From NCBI GenBank assembly GCA_012295275.1, contig CM022670.1:1550001-1614000 (forward strand): DNA of 64,000 bases, given 5' to 3'. The DNA comes from Chrysomallon squamiferum (lineage: Eukaryota; Animalia; Mollusca). Shown piece after piece: positions 1-12,990 of this stretch. The translations under genes and the position numbers were made by a program. The notes under the pieces are model-generated. The model did not search any database, was not told the origin of the DNA, and saw nothing but the letters and a program-made list of their open reading frames with translations. Numbering within the stretch: position 1 is the stretch's first letter; each line of letters begins with the position of its first letter.

Positions 1-154
1 TGTCTCTATTTTAATTTATAATACGGTGAAATGTAGCATCAGCTTTACATTTCCCTAATAGAGCAGGATTATTTATTATCTTTTGCTAATGTTTTAAAAG
101 TGGTGACAAACCGTAACGTAATTCAGTCATCAAATAGTTTATAAATATCCTTTA

Positions 155-155
<1 letters not shown>

Positions 156-203
<48 letters not shown>
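156..203. repeat. (TG)n microsatellite
   Basis: About 24 tg units. Confidence 0.98.
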
Positions 204-205
<2 letters not shown>

Positions 206-250
206 CCTAATATAAGTTTTGTATGTACCTCAAATCCATGAACAAAAGGC

Positions 251-259
251 TTAACCCTC

Positions 260-313
<54 letters not shown>

Positions 314-321
314 CTTCCTAT

Positions 322-358
<37 letters not shown>

Positions 359-441
359 AATTAATTTAATTGTTTATTTGCATATTTATGAATTACAAAA
401 TCGATCGCCATGAGGTCACGACTCCAACTGCAAAGGGTTAA
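251..441. mobile_element. piggyBac-like non-autonomous element (MITE) with TTAA target-site duplication
   Basis: TTAA-CCCTCTTG (251-262) ... CAAAGGG-TTAA (431-441): CCCT/AGGG termini flanked by TTAA. The interior is largely poly-T and has no ORF. Confidence 0.5.
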
Positions 442-2632
442 AATGTTGGCGTTCAGACGTTTTGTAACGATGACAGGTAGTTCAAACCAAATAAAATAAT
501 AATTTGTAAGAATAAACATTTTATTTTATTTTTTAGATCACGTATTCGTAGTGCCACGTTCTTTAAATAAATTCCGCGACAAATGTTTTGAACCTCCGTG
601 ATCTATAAATAATGATCTTCAAGTCCCACCTCTAGATCTGCTCTTGAACTCTGTGATTCCGCAGAGACGCACATAAACAGAATGGTGATAGATTACTGAC
701 ACCAGATGCAGACAAAGATATTAAATACCCGTTGTTTTTTCTATACAGTGTAATTCTAGCAGAGTATATGGAATTTAGAAAATTGTGACAAAGACTAAAC
801 GAATGAATTATTAATTTTCCAAAAAAAAATAAGAGATAGAAAAAAAACGTATACCATTATAATTTTGAACAGGTATCCATAATAAGAAATATACAATTTT
901 TTTTTTAACATGAACAATCAGACAACACGCACTAACAATATCAGTTATGTTGATGTCAAATGTTTACTTATTTTCGTATGTCCATACACAGATATCGAAA
1001 TCACTTTATTGAACTAATTTGTACTACATTCGGGTAACAAACTTTAACAATTTGATTTACAGTTAGTTTAATGTAAATCTGAAATGAGCTTCTGCTGTCA
1101 GAGGAATTAACAAATTACACGTTTTTTATTGTAGATAATGTTTTTTTTATTAAAAGATGAGCCTAGAGTTAAAGACATTTAATCAGAATAAACCACTGCT
1201 CATACCATTACTCGGACTATCAGGTGCCGATATAAAGCTATCTATCATGTTATGCCAATATCGAGTGTTGGTTTTATAGTGTTTATATAGCTTGAGAGCT
1301 GAGATAAGATAATTAATTCGTAAGTTATGTCATTCTTCATTTTAGACAAAACATATCCATTAGAAAACTTGACAAATATATTTTCTGATATTTATTGAAA
1401 TGGTTCTTCAGTGCTGGCAATTAACAGTGTTTCGGGAACGATTCTAATCCAGAATTAATAATTAAAGACTACAAAATGAGTCACCCCCAATAAGCTAATA
1501 AAAGACAATAATGTGTGGTTTTTTAGACAGCGCGATCGGAACGGTTCCAATCGAAAATTAACAGTTAAAGACTTATTTACCATTCCACCCATTGAGTCAA
1601 ATTCTAACATACGGCAGTGAAGTACTTGGGTTGGGTGACAGGAACCCCATGCTTCTGTCTGAATGAATAAAACAGTTTTTAATGGATTGAACGAAACGAC
1701 ACAAGTTTTTATTTTTATTTTTAAAAAGGAAGAAAAAGGACAGCTGTAAATAAAAGGTATCGTCTTGAAGCCACCATACAAATGCAGATCTCTAACAATA
1801 AAACATTTTGCACTTCTAATCTGATCGTTAAAAAAATGTATTTCTTTCTTTCTTTCACGTGGAGTAAATCTCCGTGCAGTACTAACTCGAAAGCTAGACG
1901 AGGCCAATTTAAAGATCAATCGGTATCATCCGAGAATACATTTATGTATTTTAATTCCATACTGAACATATATATAAGTGTTTTCCGTGACATATTGTTT
2001 GAGGTTGCCAAGATCAACGCTACGGCAATAAGTCACGAGAGATATGATGCGAATATACACAAAAGAGTTCGATAGCGTCAATAAGACATAGCGTGCACAT
2101 TAAAACCAGACCATTGACAGGCGATTCACTCTGGTCGGATCACACGTACTGCTTTCAATGCTTCGCTGAAACACATTGGTAACTGGGGATATTGTCCTAT
2201 ACAGACGTCAGAAAACTAAACGGCATAATATCGAGACTATCCTTTGCTCAGCTAGATACGATATTTACATTTGGAATTACTGCATAATACGGTTTAACTG
2301 GTAAGTCATTGTTACATTTTCAGCGCTGTCAACTTAAAGTGAAATACAGTCATATCGTGCTTTTCATTTATTATTGGCTGAAAACATATCTATAATTTTT
2401 GTTTATTAAAATATCCCGTTAAATTTTTGCTTTTTAAAAGTCTTCTTTTGCTGTTTGTTCTTTAATTTCTGTTTAGATACAGTTTGAAAATATAAATAAA
2501 ATAAGTTATTGAATTTATACAAATTTTTATCACAGATGTTGTCTAACCAGCTTAAAGAATTAAGTTCGACGTTAATTCTTGACTAATCCAATTAACCCTG
2601 TTAAACAATAGTCCTTTGGTTTAGCACTTTGG

Positions 2633-2664
<32 letters not shown>

Positions 2665-2761
2665 TAAATCATACAGCTTGACCAAAAATCATATCATGCG
2701 TGATGGATTTGTATAAAAATGGAATTAATTTAAAATAAAACTTTTATTCATTAAAAAAAAA

Positions 2762-2817
<56 letters not shown>

Positions 2818-2872
2818 GCCAAAACAGCCTGATTATGTTTAAAAACTGTCAAAAAAATTAGCCTTCTAGGAC

Positions 2873-2917
<45 letters not shown>

Positions 2918-4674
2918 AAAAAGAGATCGTTCAACATATTAATTAAAAATAATAAATCGCCTTTATTTATCTGTCCATAATATGTTATTTTGTTAATATT
3001 AAATGACTAGTTTTAAATAAAAAACAAAACAACACTGTAGCCCAAAACACAATTACACAGTGTAAATCATTTAAATGTAGAGACTGTATAACCTACCGTC
3101 AACATATATCAGAGTGAAAAAGAAGCAGATGTAAACAAATATATCATATATTTTTCACTCATTTGTTCAGACTAAATAATTGTGTTTTGAATAATTCAAA
3201 AGAACTTAAAGAAGAATTTATGAAATGGCACGCGTGGGTAGATTTGAATTTACTGAGTAAATGGACCTCGTTTTGGTCCCATATTCACGTGCTAGACCTT
3301 TCCTTCTGTTGACGTTTCCTTCTCTTTCTTTCCTATTTGTTTGCCTGTTACTATGTAATTAGTGTAACTAATATGGTAAACATAACATATATCAAAATTC
3401 TTTAAAGCCGATACTGCAATCTTTCTGCAGGAATGTGTACATGGAGTAGGGTATACAAACGCGCACACATACACGCACACACACACATACACACTCACAC
3501 GCACGACACAGCATTTGTATGTTTGCTTCACAGGCACAAATATATTGTTCACCATTTTCAGACTACCACTGTTTATCTCCTAGTACACATTTTAATCTTT
3601 TTTTAAATATATATTTTTTTCTCACTCAAAGCATTTTATACCCGTCTCCATGTCCAATAACAAATAAACATTATACGTTTTTCATACATATTCATATTTC
3701 AAACCGAGGAATTCTCATTAGTTGTAAGAACAAAAATATTGATTTTCTTTATCATTTATTCAAGCGATCATAATTCTTTTGTCAGTATTTCTGAATACAC
3801 CTTAACAAAAAAGTTGTTTGGCGAAAAAATACTTGACATAAACTCTAGATTTCTATAAATCGTATTTTCTTATAATTTAGAGGCTATATAAAGGAGTTAA
3901 TGCTTTATTAACGAGACTGTGGGTTGCACCTTTAGGTTACCATTCTTGACAGCAGTTAATATATTAAAAATGTTAATTTGTCTTATGATAATATAATATA
4001 CTTATTGTCTGTATATCGTTATATAAAATAAACATTTTAATATTTTTCAAAGAAATAGGTTCTTAATAATATATATATATATATAATTAAGCTTTTAGCC
4101 TCTCAAATTTGCAATAAACATTTAAAAAAAAAATACCTTACATAAATATTTACTCTTGAACTTGGGAGATGAAGACATCTGTTTGCTTAATAAACAAAGA
4201 CAAAATATTAAAGGCCTATAATCAGTTGACACGACCTCTACCAAATGCATTCCATAACTATAAATCTAAGTATGTATTACATCATTAAGTCAGCTAGCGT
4301 AGGGCATCGTACTCATGTGCGCGTATCAGCGCAACTAATATTCGATCCAGAGAAGTCAATAATAATTATTCTTTCAAAAGGAATTATGGATTTGTGAAGG
4401 CCGTCGCTGTTATTGTCGTCTGTTTGGGTAGATCGGTTCAGATAGGACGGTAGACGTTCGTGTCCACGCTCAAGACAGCTAACATGTGTTCATTTTCATT
4501 GGTGCATCCAGGTATTTTTCTTTAACGTTTTTTAAGCAGTTGTGATCGTATTAACAGTTATGATTACTAACATTAGTCTGTGTTAAATCGCGTCAAAAAC
4601 CATCAAAAATAATAGTCATATTTTTAGTTTTATAAGCCTACGTGAGTGACGTGTAATATCGATAATGCTTATTT

Positions 4675-4782
4675 ATATTATATATTATATATTATCATTA
4701 CTATTATTATTATTATTATTATTATTGATTGATTGATTGATTGATTGACTGATTGATTGATTGATTGATTGATTGACTGACC
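4675..4782. repeat. Compound (TTATA)/(TTA)n/(GATT)n microsatellite
   Basis: A tta run converts into a gatt/gact run. Confidence 0.9.
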
Positions 4783-7700
4783 AACCAATTTTTCCACGTT
4801 CAGTCACAAACTGAAGAAATTTAATATCACACAAAATGCGTTATTGACGTTAACTAAGTGTAAACGCCATGTTTTTAATCACTAGCTTGTGCATGCTGGG
4901 TTGTTTCTTGTGGGGGGGGTAAATTATCATCATAAATTAGCTTCTCTCGCTCGATTTATAGTTACCACGTCTGGCGAACTGAATGCTATCACATAATAAT
5001 TTATAGTCATTAAAATATAAAATTTATACATACAGGTGCACTCGTGATTTATGTTTGCATTATACAGTTATATTATTTTTGATATAAGATATATAAAAAT
5101 ATGTAAATTATATCTGTAGGTAACAGCTGGTTTTAATACCTTTTTTTTTTTTTTTTTTTTTCGTCATTTATTTTGTCTTTCTTATTTACTTTCATTTTCT
5201 TTTCTTTTTTTTTTTTCTCATTTTCTTTCTTTTTAAAAAAAAAAAATTATTTGTAATTTTTTATTAAAATTTTAATTCTAGTTTCTATCTTTCTTAAAAC
5301 TTTTTATTTATTTCTTTGAATATGTTTTTAAACTTTTTTGAATTTTATTAACGAATGATTGAATTTTTATTGCGTTAATCTAAATGCGTAGTTTTTTTTT
5401 ATGGTGCTGAATTATCTAGAATTTCATTATATCCATTTAAAATACGTGGAGGCACAAATATAATAGCTAGTAGAAACAACGACAACTTCTACAACAACAA
5501 CAACAATAATAATAGGAACTACACACACACACACACACACATATACACATTGTTATTATTACTGTATTATAAGACACACATATAACATATAATAAAAATA
5601 TAAAGAATAAAAAATATTACTTTGATTTTCTATCCGCCTTCTCAAATGATTACTAATATTTTGGCTTAATACATATCCCCCGCTTTCTCTGGATTTGTGT
5701 TTGAACGTTAAAACGACTCTGTAAATGGCTATCAGCATTGTTGTCATCTAACAACCTGAAAGTCGTGCAGTATCGAGTAACAGCCAGTCACTTTCCGTGT
5801 CACTTCATCTGTGTCCCGCCTTCACATGCTTGGAGGAAAAGGCATTCCACATATAATGGGTTCATGACATGATCTGGAACAAAAATACTAAAAAAAAAAA
5901 AAAAAAAAATAAATGAAATTATAAAAAAAAAAATAATAATAAAATAAATATTAATGAAATAAATACAATAACTTTAAACACATTTAAAAATACTAAATAA
6001 ATTAATAATAATAATGACGATATTTAATACTTATTTTATTATATTTTTTCTTTCTATTTTTACTTTTTGAAATTATATGTATATATATTATATATATTTA
6101 ATTTTTCCCCTTATAAATTGCATTCTTCAGTCTTCTCCAGTGCACTTTTTCCCGTTGCAACTAGTACTGTGCGAAAGGTTACCAACAACCGTAGTCTGTT
6201 CTTTTCTGTCTTTGATAGGCGTTTATAAAAGCTTGCTTGTTGCTAAATCTATGAGATTAACCCGTGAAGAGAGTGCAACGAGTTTACGTCATCAAAAACT
6301 ATAGGCACTTAACAACTTCTGAAATCCAAATCCAAAGTGTTACTGACAAAATAGCCACATATTAATTCACTCCTTGCTGGTTGGAACCTCATAGAGGAGT
6401 TTATGTGGACTCTGATTTTAGAATACACTACAAAGACAAAAATTTCGTGTAATCCATTCAAATCTCAGGACAGTTTCAACCATTTGTGTACAAAACGCTA
6501 TGGTATGGAAGATTATGGAAGATTTCAGATTAATTGTTTGTCACTCGTTTTAAAGTAATCTCAAACAAATATTAACAGTTTATGTATCGATATACATGCA
6601 CAGACCCATATACACGTTTGTAATGAATCTTTTTATTCATTTGATAACATTTACTTAGTAATGTATTGTGTCTTATAATATTTAAAAACTAATAAAATAG
6701 AATAAAACGAAAATGATTTAACATGGTGAAAGTAAATAAGTTTATGGACGTTATTTAACCATGTTACATGAAAACCTGTTATATTCTCTCATGAAGTCTC
6801 ATTAAAAACTAATGTGGATAGTTACTCTTACGAAATAGCAGCGAAAAATGCATGTAAAATTCTACTGACATGAATACAGTTAACATTTTTTTTGTTTTTG
6901 TTTTTTTGTTTTAATTATTTATTTGTTTATTTATTTATTTATTTTATTCCTTTTATAAATACATTATTTATTTATTTTATTTATTTTATTTATTTTATTT
7001 ATTTTATAAATACATTTATTTATTTATTTATTTATTTATTTGTTTTGATGGACGTAAAACATGGAGCACTGGTTTTATTTTATTAATACAGTGGAAATTA
7101 GTCAAAGAGTGCATCTAGGAGTCTTGAACCTGAGACTATCGGTCTGTCTCACGGGTGGAAATTATAATTATTCAAAAAGCCTCTCCCAAATGTTCTGAAC
7201 CTTTATTGACTTAATATGCTTTAGGCGATGTGTCAATATGAACTATGGTTCCACTAACGTCAACAAACAGGTCTGATATTATACTTCGGGATTATTATTT
7301 TGTATGGGCTCCCCTTTATTTATTATTCAGAATAGGATCACATTTCACACTTGCTCGACTCTGTCAGGGTTAACTTGGTATGTAGGTCTAGTAGCGATAT
7401 TTATCGACGCATTCGGTAAGTATTTGGATAGTTTAAACTGATTTTGTTAATAATAAACTCATTACTGTATCTAATTGATTTCAGAAATTTTGATTTTGTA
7501 TCGTTAGTTTCTCGTTGATATGACACTGTTTACTGTAGTCGAAAAAAAAAAAAAAAAATATATATATATAATAACAACGTTACACCGATTACAAAGGAGA
7601 AGATTTCATTAAGTGTGTATATTTGTATATATAGTTTATCAGAACTGGTTATATTTATTATGCGAGATTTTATTCAAATTTTAATCCACACACACACACA

Positions 7701-7824
7701 CACACTCTGGATTGAGTGAACTTTTAATTATGTTTTCTCTGCATGTTTAAGCGAACTTTTAATTAACTTTATGTTGTTGTTTTTAGATAAGAGGGCTAAA
7801 GACATTATTCTCCCATATCATCAT

Positions 7825-7864
<40 letters not shown>

Positions 7865-8454
7865 GAAATTTATGACACATTATTTGACCAACAGTAACAG
7901 AGCTAAGCTAAAGATTACAAAAAGAATGTCAAAACCGCCTTAATTGTCTACATTTTCCTGTTTTTTTTTTTTTTTTTTTTTTTTTTCGAAACACCATAAT
8001 TATATAATCACAGCGAATAAATGTAAATAACTGGCTGTGCCATGGACCTTTGTGTTAGGGGGAAAAAAATAAAAATAAAACCAAAAGATTACTGTTATTA
8101 ATCGATTATTGTAATTTCCTATTTACCATGCCAATCATTATTTTCTTCCCCTGACACGAAAGGTTTGTACTAGCACGTTAACAACCTAATAATGAAAATA
8201 ATTATCATGAAAGAGTTGATAAATAATTCTCCTTACTAAATAAATAATTAATCTGTATTTATAATAAACACAAACTTTCACACTTTAATGAAGACACATA
8301 CCCTCATACACATATACAGATCTACATATACATACATATTTACATTCACACATACACACAAAACTACACACTTATATTAATCGGCACAAAAACACTCGTG
8401 TTTAGACATATTATTTTAATACTTTTACTTTTTCAGGTAACTGGTTATCAGAAA

Positions 8455-9069
8455 ATGTCAAAATTGACTGTTGAAAATCTCGAAGAACTAGATTATACAA
8501 AACCGGTGCACAACAGGAGAATGTCGCACATGCATAAGGACGGGGTGGACGGAATGATGGCCGGACCTTATGGTAGACGAATGTCCAGGATCGGAGAACC
8601 ACGTCCAAGCATGCAATATGGCGCTTCAGGTCGGAGAATGTCGCAGTTTTCTAGGAGCAGTATTTCAGGACTGTCTTCTTTTGGTAAAAATATTTTTCAT
8701 TCCATGAAAATGCAGAACACGTATAGACTGGCGCCCGAAGAGGACGAGAAATTCAATGCTTCTAAAGCTGAGAGAGTTATGACTGGAGTCCTAGAGTCCT
8801 ATCTAGACGGTGAGAAGTATGACAAGTTGCTATGTGTAAACCTAACGAAGAACCTTTCAGAGGTCATTAAGGATCGAATGAAAGAGATGGGATTCTGCGC
8901 ACGTTATAAATACGTCTGTACAGTGACCTTGGGCGAGAACAAGAACCAAGGTCTTGCCCAGGCAAGCAGAAGTCTCTGGAACACGAACACAGACAACTTT
9001 GCAACGGCGTCTTATTCTAAAGGAAATCTCTTTGCTGTAGCCACAATTTATGCCACGTACTTTGAATAG
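8455..9069 (+). CDS. Tctex1-domain-containing dynein light chain (TCTEX1D/DYNLT4-5/Tctex2-like), 204 aa, single coding exon
   Basis: The C-terminal half of ORF 8398-9069 is a Tctex-1 domain (MQNTYRLAP...FNASKAERVMTGVLESYL...RYKYVCTVTLGE..QGLAQASRSLWNTNTDNFATASYSKGNLFAVATIYATYFE). A polypyrimidine tract plus AG acceptor at 8435-8436 precedes aaaATG at 8455, so the true start is probably MSKLTVENL. The exact paralogue cannot be assigned by eye. Confidence 0.9.
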   Translation: MSKLTVENLEELDYTKPVHNRRMSHMHKDGVDGMMAGPYGRRMSRIGEPRPSMQYGASGRRMSQFSRSSISGLSSFGKNIFHSMKMQNTYRLAPEEDEKFNASKAERVMTGVLESYLDGEKYDKLLCVNLTKNLSEVIKDRMKEMGFCARYKYVCTVTLGENKNQGLAQASRSLWNTNTDNFATASYSKGNLFAVATIYATYFE

Positions 9070-12000
9070 CTGATTACGTATAGGCTTTAATATGGGCTGC
9101 AGATGATGGTGGTAGTTTCTTGCGCAAAGACAAAGCACATTTTTGTTAATGAACGTATTTAAATTGGTATCTGCTTTGTACAGTCTGCCTTTGGAATGAA
9201 TATACAATGCAGTGGTGCATTACTGTTTCAGCAATTTCCCGTTTAGATAAGGTTAAACCCAAAACTCGTTATATGACTTGAGGACATGATTAAGAAAAAG
9301 CTATTTAATATTTTACTTATTTATCATTTTTAATTTTTAGTGAAATGAAGATATTGTACAGGAATGTTTAAGGACTATTTTAATTAGTGATATTTATTTG
9401 AACAAACAAAACAAACCACATAATTACATACTTCACTGATATTTCATTCATCTTTTCTGATTAGGAATTTAGAATTTATGCTAAATGGTTCGCTCTGAAC
9501 CTGTGGTGGTACGAATGAATATCATAAATAAGAGCTTAATATTTAATTGACATATTTTTCCGGTAATAAAGATCGTTGAAAACAAAACATACATACACAG
9601 TCGCACAGTGTATTTAGCTGATTTCTTCGTATCACCAGAGATACTGAATATACTGTCTTCAGATTTGAGAATATTCTACATAATATATAATTTATTCTAT
9701 ATATACATGACTGTAAATGTAAATTCTTATTTGCGTGTTTTGCGTGCTTGTTTAGTGCATGAATGTATTTGTATTTCTAAAAGCATGTAGGTGAGAGAAA
9801 GGTTATGTTTGCACTGGTGTGTGTTTCAGTTATTTACTAAAGTCACTGTTTAAGGGGCATAAATTTGCTTGCAGAACAGTGACAGAAGTCACCCATGATT
9901 TGAATTTAATATGTTAAAACCTGCTGATAGCATTTTGTATGCCTGACAAAACATAATAATCATACTCTGGTACTGATACACAATACGTTGGTGTGTGTGC
10001 ATTGTTGTACCAGTGTGTATAGGTTTGTCATTGTCTCAGCTTTTGACAAAAACGTTAAATTGTCTGAAAAAAATATTGACAGGTATGAAAGGAAGCCTGT
10101 TTTTTAATGAATTTCTTTATATTTGTATATCTTGATAGTGATTAGTTACAGTAATTTTATTTAGTATTTCAAAATAATTAGAAATAAACAAATTTCTGAT
10201 TTATGTTGTTGAACAAATGTGGTAAAGTCATCATCGAATAAAAACATATATATAAAAAGTAAATGAATAAATAAAAACTTTATAAACCAATAATTATTAT
10301 TAATTATAATTTATTATTTCATTTATCTTTGTCAAAAGCACTGTTAATTACCATTAAATTATTAATGTTGCTTTATCTTCCGCCCAGTACAATGTGATGA
10401 TTTTTTGTATTTTATTATTTTTTAATGTATTTTTTTCTAAACCTTTATTAAACTGGAGATATTAAGCCATTATTGTTTGCATTTGTTTTTTCTTTTAGCA
10501 CGCACACACAAACTGTCTATCTATCTATCTAGTTGTCTGTCTATATATATTTTTTTCTTTCTTTCTTTCTTTCTTTCTTTCTCTTTTTAATGGAATCAGA
10601 AGTCACTTTTTAATCAAACATCGCACAAGTTAAGAGCCACAATTCTGACTAACTCGTTATAAGTTTTAGGTCACAGAAACCTAAACCGATATTCCTTAAT
10701 TGAATTTGTTTTACGACTGACCTAGGTCAAGCAGGCAAGCACTATATATATATTAGCTTTTAAATTAACAAATATTAAAGCCGCAGGGCTAACATATTTC
10801 GTTAACAAAACAATCCTGATCGGTATGTCTAAACATGTATTTCCACAATCCCATCCATTGATTCACCACTAATGTATTCCTCTTTGCTTGTTTCTTCCTT
10901 CTTGGAATCAAACATTAGTGATATCGCTAAGGCACCTCCAATCCTGAATTATTCAGCTAATTCCCGTTCCAACCAATGCTCTTGACCTTTTTATGATAGG
11001 CTGTGACAGGAATGTGGTATGGTAATTATGGGAACTAATGCTAATGGAAAAGTAACCCATGCAAACAAACGATACGTTTCCTTTTTCTTACCATAATTAT
11101 AATATGTTAAATGCATGACTGGTAGCAATAATCATTAACATTAACATGCACCAAAGAAGCCTTAAAAATCTAATCATCCGTTTTTAAAAAAAAACGACAT
11201 GAAAAGTTAATCTATTGTTGTTGAAAGTAAAATAATACCACTTAGAAGTGAAATCACGTCTTATTTGGCTGCAATTGTTCAGAAACAGAAATGACGCACT
11301 AACTTATAAGTACGTTTTCATTGTAAGCTATATGGAGGGTTTGTTCTTAACTGTCTGATCCAATGTAAATGAAGTTGCAACCAACGGCAGTTTATAGAAA
11401 ATGACGCTATTAATAACAGTACGTTTTCTTTAAAAGTTATATGACGAGTGCATTCTTAAGCCGTCTCATCCAGTGAGTGTCAATTTGCTTGGAAAGGAAG
11501 TTTGTTTATTATATGACGATCCCCATCAGCTTTGGGACATAGATAGTAGTCTACGCGTGGATGAAATTTATTTCATTACGGCTTTTCCGACAATTCCAGA
11601 AAATAATTTGATCCAGAGTTTGTGACATTATTTAAAATTTATTTTTTGGATAATTTTATAAAATATTATTATTATTATTATTTAAAATATTTATATATAT
11701 TTATATTTGTATTATTATTAATATAAAAATAAAACATTAACCAAGTACAGACTTGATTTTTTTACAAACAGTCAAATATTTAAAAGTTGTGACACGTGTT
11801 TTACATAAACATCACAAATATCGAAAACTGAAGACAAAAGTAAATTATTACAACTTTAAAAAATTAAAAATTAAATTTATTGAGAGACGTAAACAAAATA
11901 AATGTATTAAATTAAATATAACACTATTAAACAAGAAGAAATATTTTTTGAGAATATTTTTATTACATTATTAATTTTCGAAACAACAGAATTAACATTC

Positions 12001-12990
12001 TGTTCATGCTGAATATCAAAACACTGAAATTACCTGTGGAGATGTGCAATGGAGTAGAATTTAAATTACTTTCTATGTGATTGAATATGAAAGTTAACAA
12101 AAGGACACATGCCTTTGTTGAATGCCCATTACATGATAAGGATAAAAAATATATATATGCCAACTGGTCTCTTAACTGATTTTTGGGTAATGCTGTTAAA
12201 CCTGCCTCATAAAATATAATACTCCAGTCATAAACTGAATGGTTGCTTAAAAATAAATCTGTTTACCCAACTCCAGCTATTATATTCAATTATTTCCTAT
12301 CATTAAGTACAGATTTAAAGTAGAAAATTTAAAATTTAATATCCTAACATAAATTTTGCAGCACCAAATTTAAAAAAAATGTTTTTTTCAGTATGTATAT
12401 ATGTCAAGATATTTTCACTCTTAACTCATTTGTTCAAACTATACATGTGCATTTAATGAATAAAAAATGATTGGTATGTCTAAACATGTATTTCCACAAT
12501 CCCATCCATTGATTCACAAGAAAATGTTTCTAGGTATTGTGAGCAGGAAACCATCCCTTACTATAATTTGCCTACCAATTCTTTAGTTTATTTCTTGGAT
12601 CTACAAAAAAAAAAAAAAAAAAAAAACACCCACTCACACACATATACACACATCAAGCAGTCTACAGTTTTCTTTGTGAGAATAAAGTGAAATAAACAAA
12701 AACATCAAATGAATTTGTACAGCTTTATAGTTAATTAATATTCAGATATTCACTCAGTTTTTGGGGTTTTTTTCTTCACAATATGACAAAAGAATAATAA
12801 TCATCAGTTCCAAAAATAAAGAAACTGCTGCTGAAATGTGACTAAATCATCAGAGAAATGTGTACAGAAAATATAAAATAAAAGTCGTGTATAATACTAT
12901 AGTTTGTTCCTTCTGCAAAAAGAGCATCTTATACCAAGAAAAATGTGGTTTCTATCAAAAAAAATAATATGTGTCACAATTTGAAAAATA

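Noticed and set aside
1455-2075. 154-aa and 97-aa overlapping ORFs
   Set aside because: No recognisable domain or exon structure; probably chance ORFs in a CpG-rich regulatory region.
8398-8454. Signal-peptide-like N-terminus (MFRHIILILLLFQ) on the Tctex ORF
   Set aside because: It starts at a GTG and translates the intron's polypyrimidine tract; dynein light chains are cytoplasmic.
8857-9207. Antisense ORFs over coding exons (also 16931-17113, 25690-25974, 30077-30373, 30417-30620)
   Set aside because: Shadow ORFs on the opposite strand of real exons.
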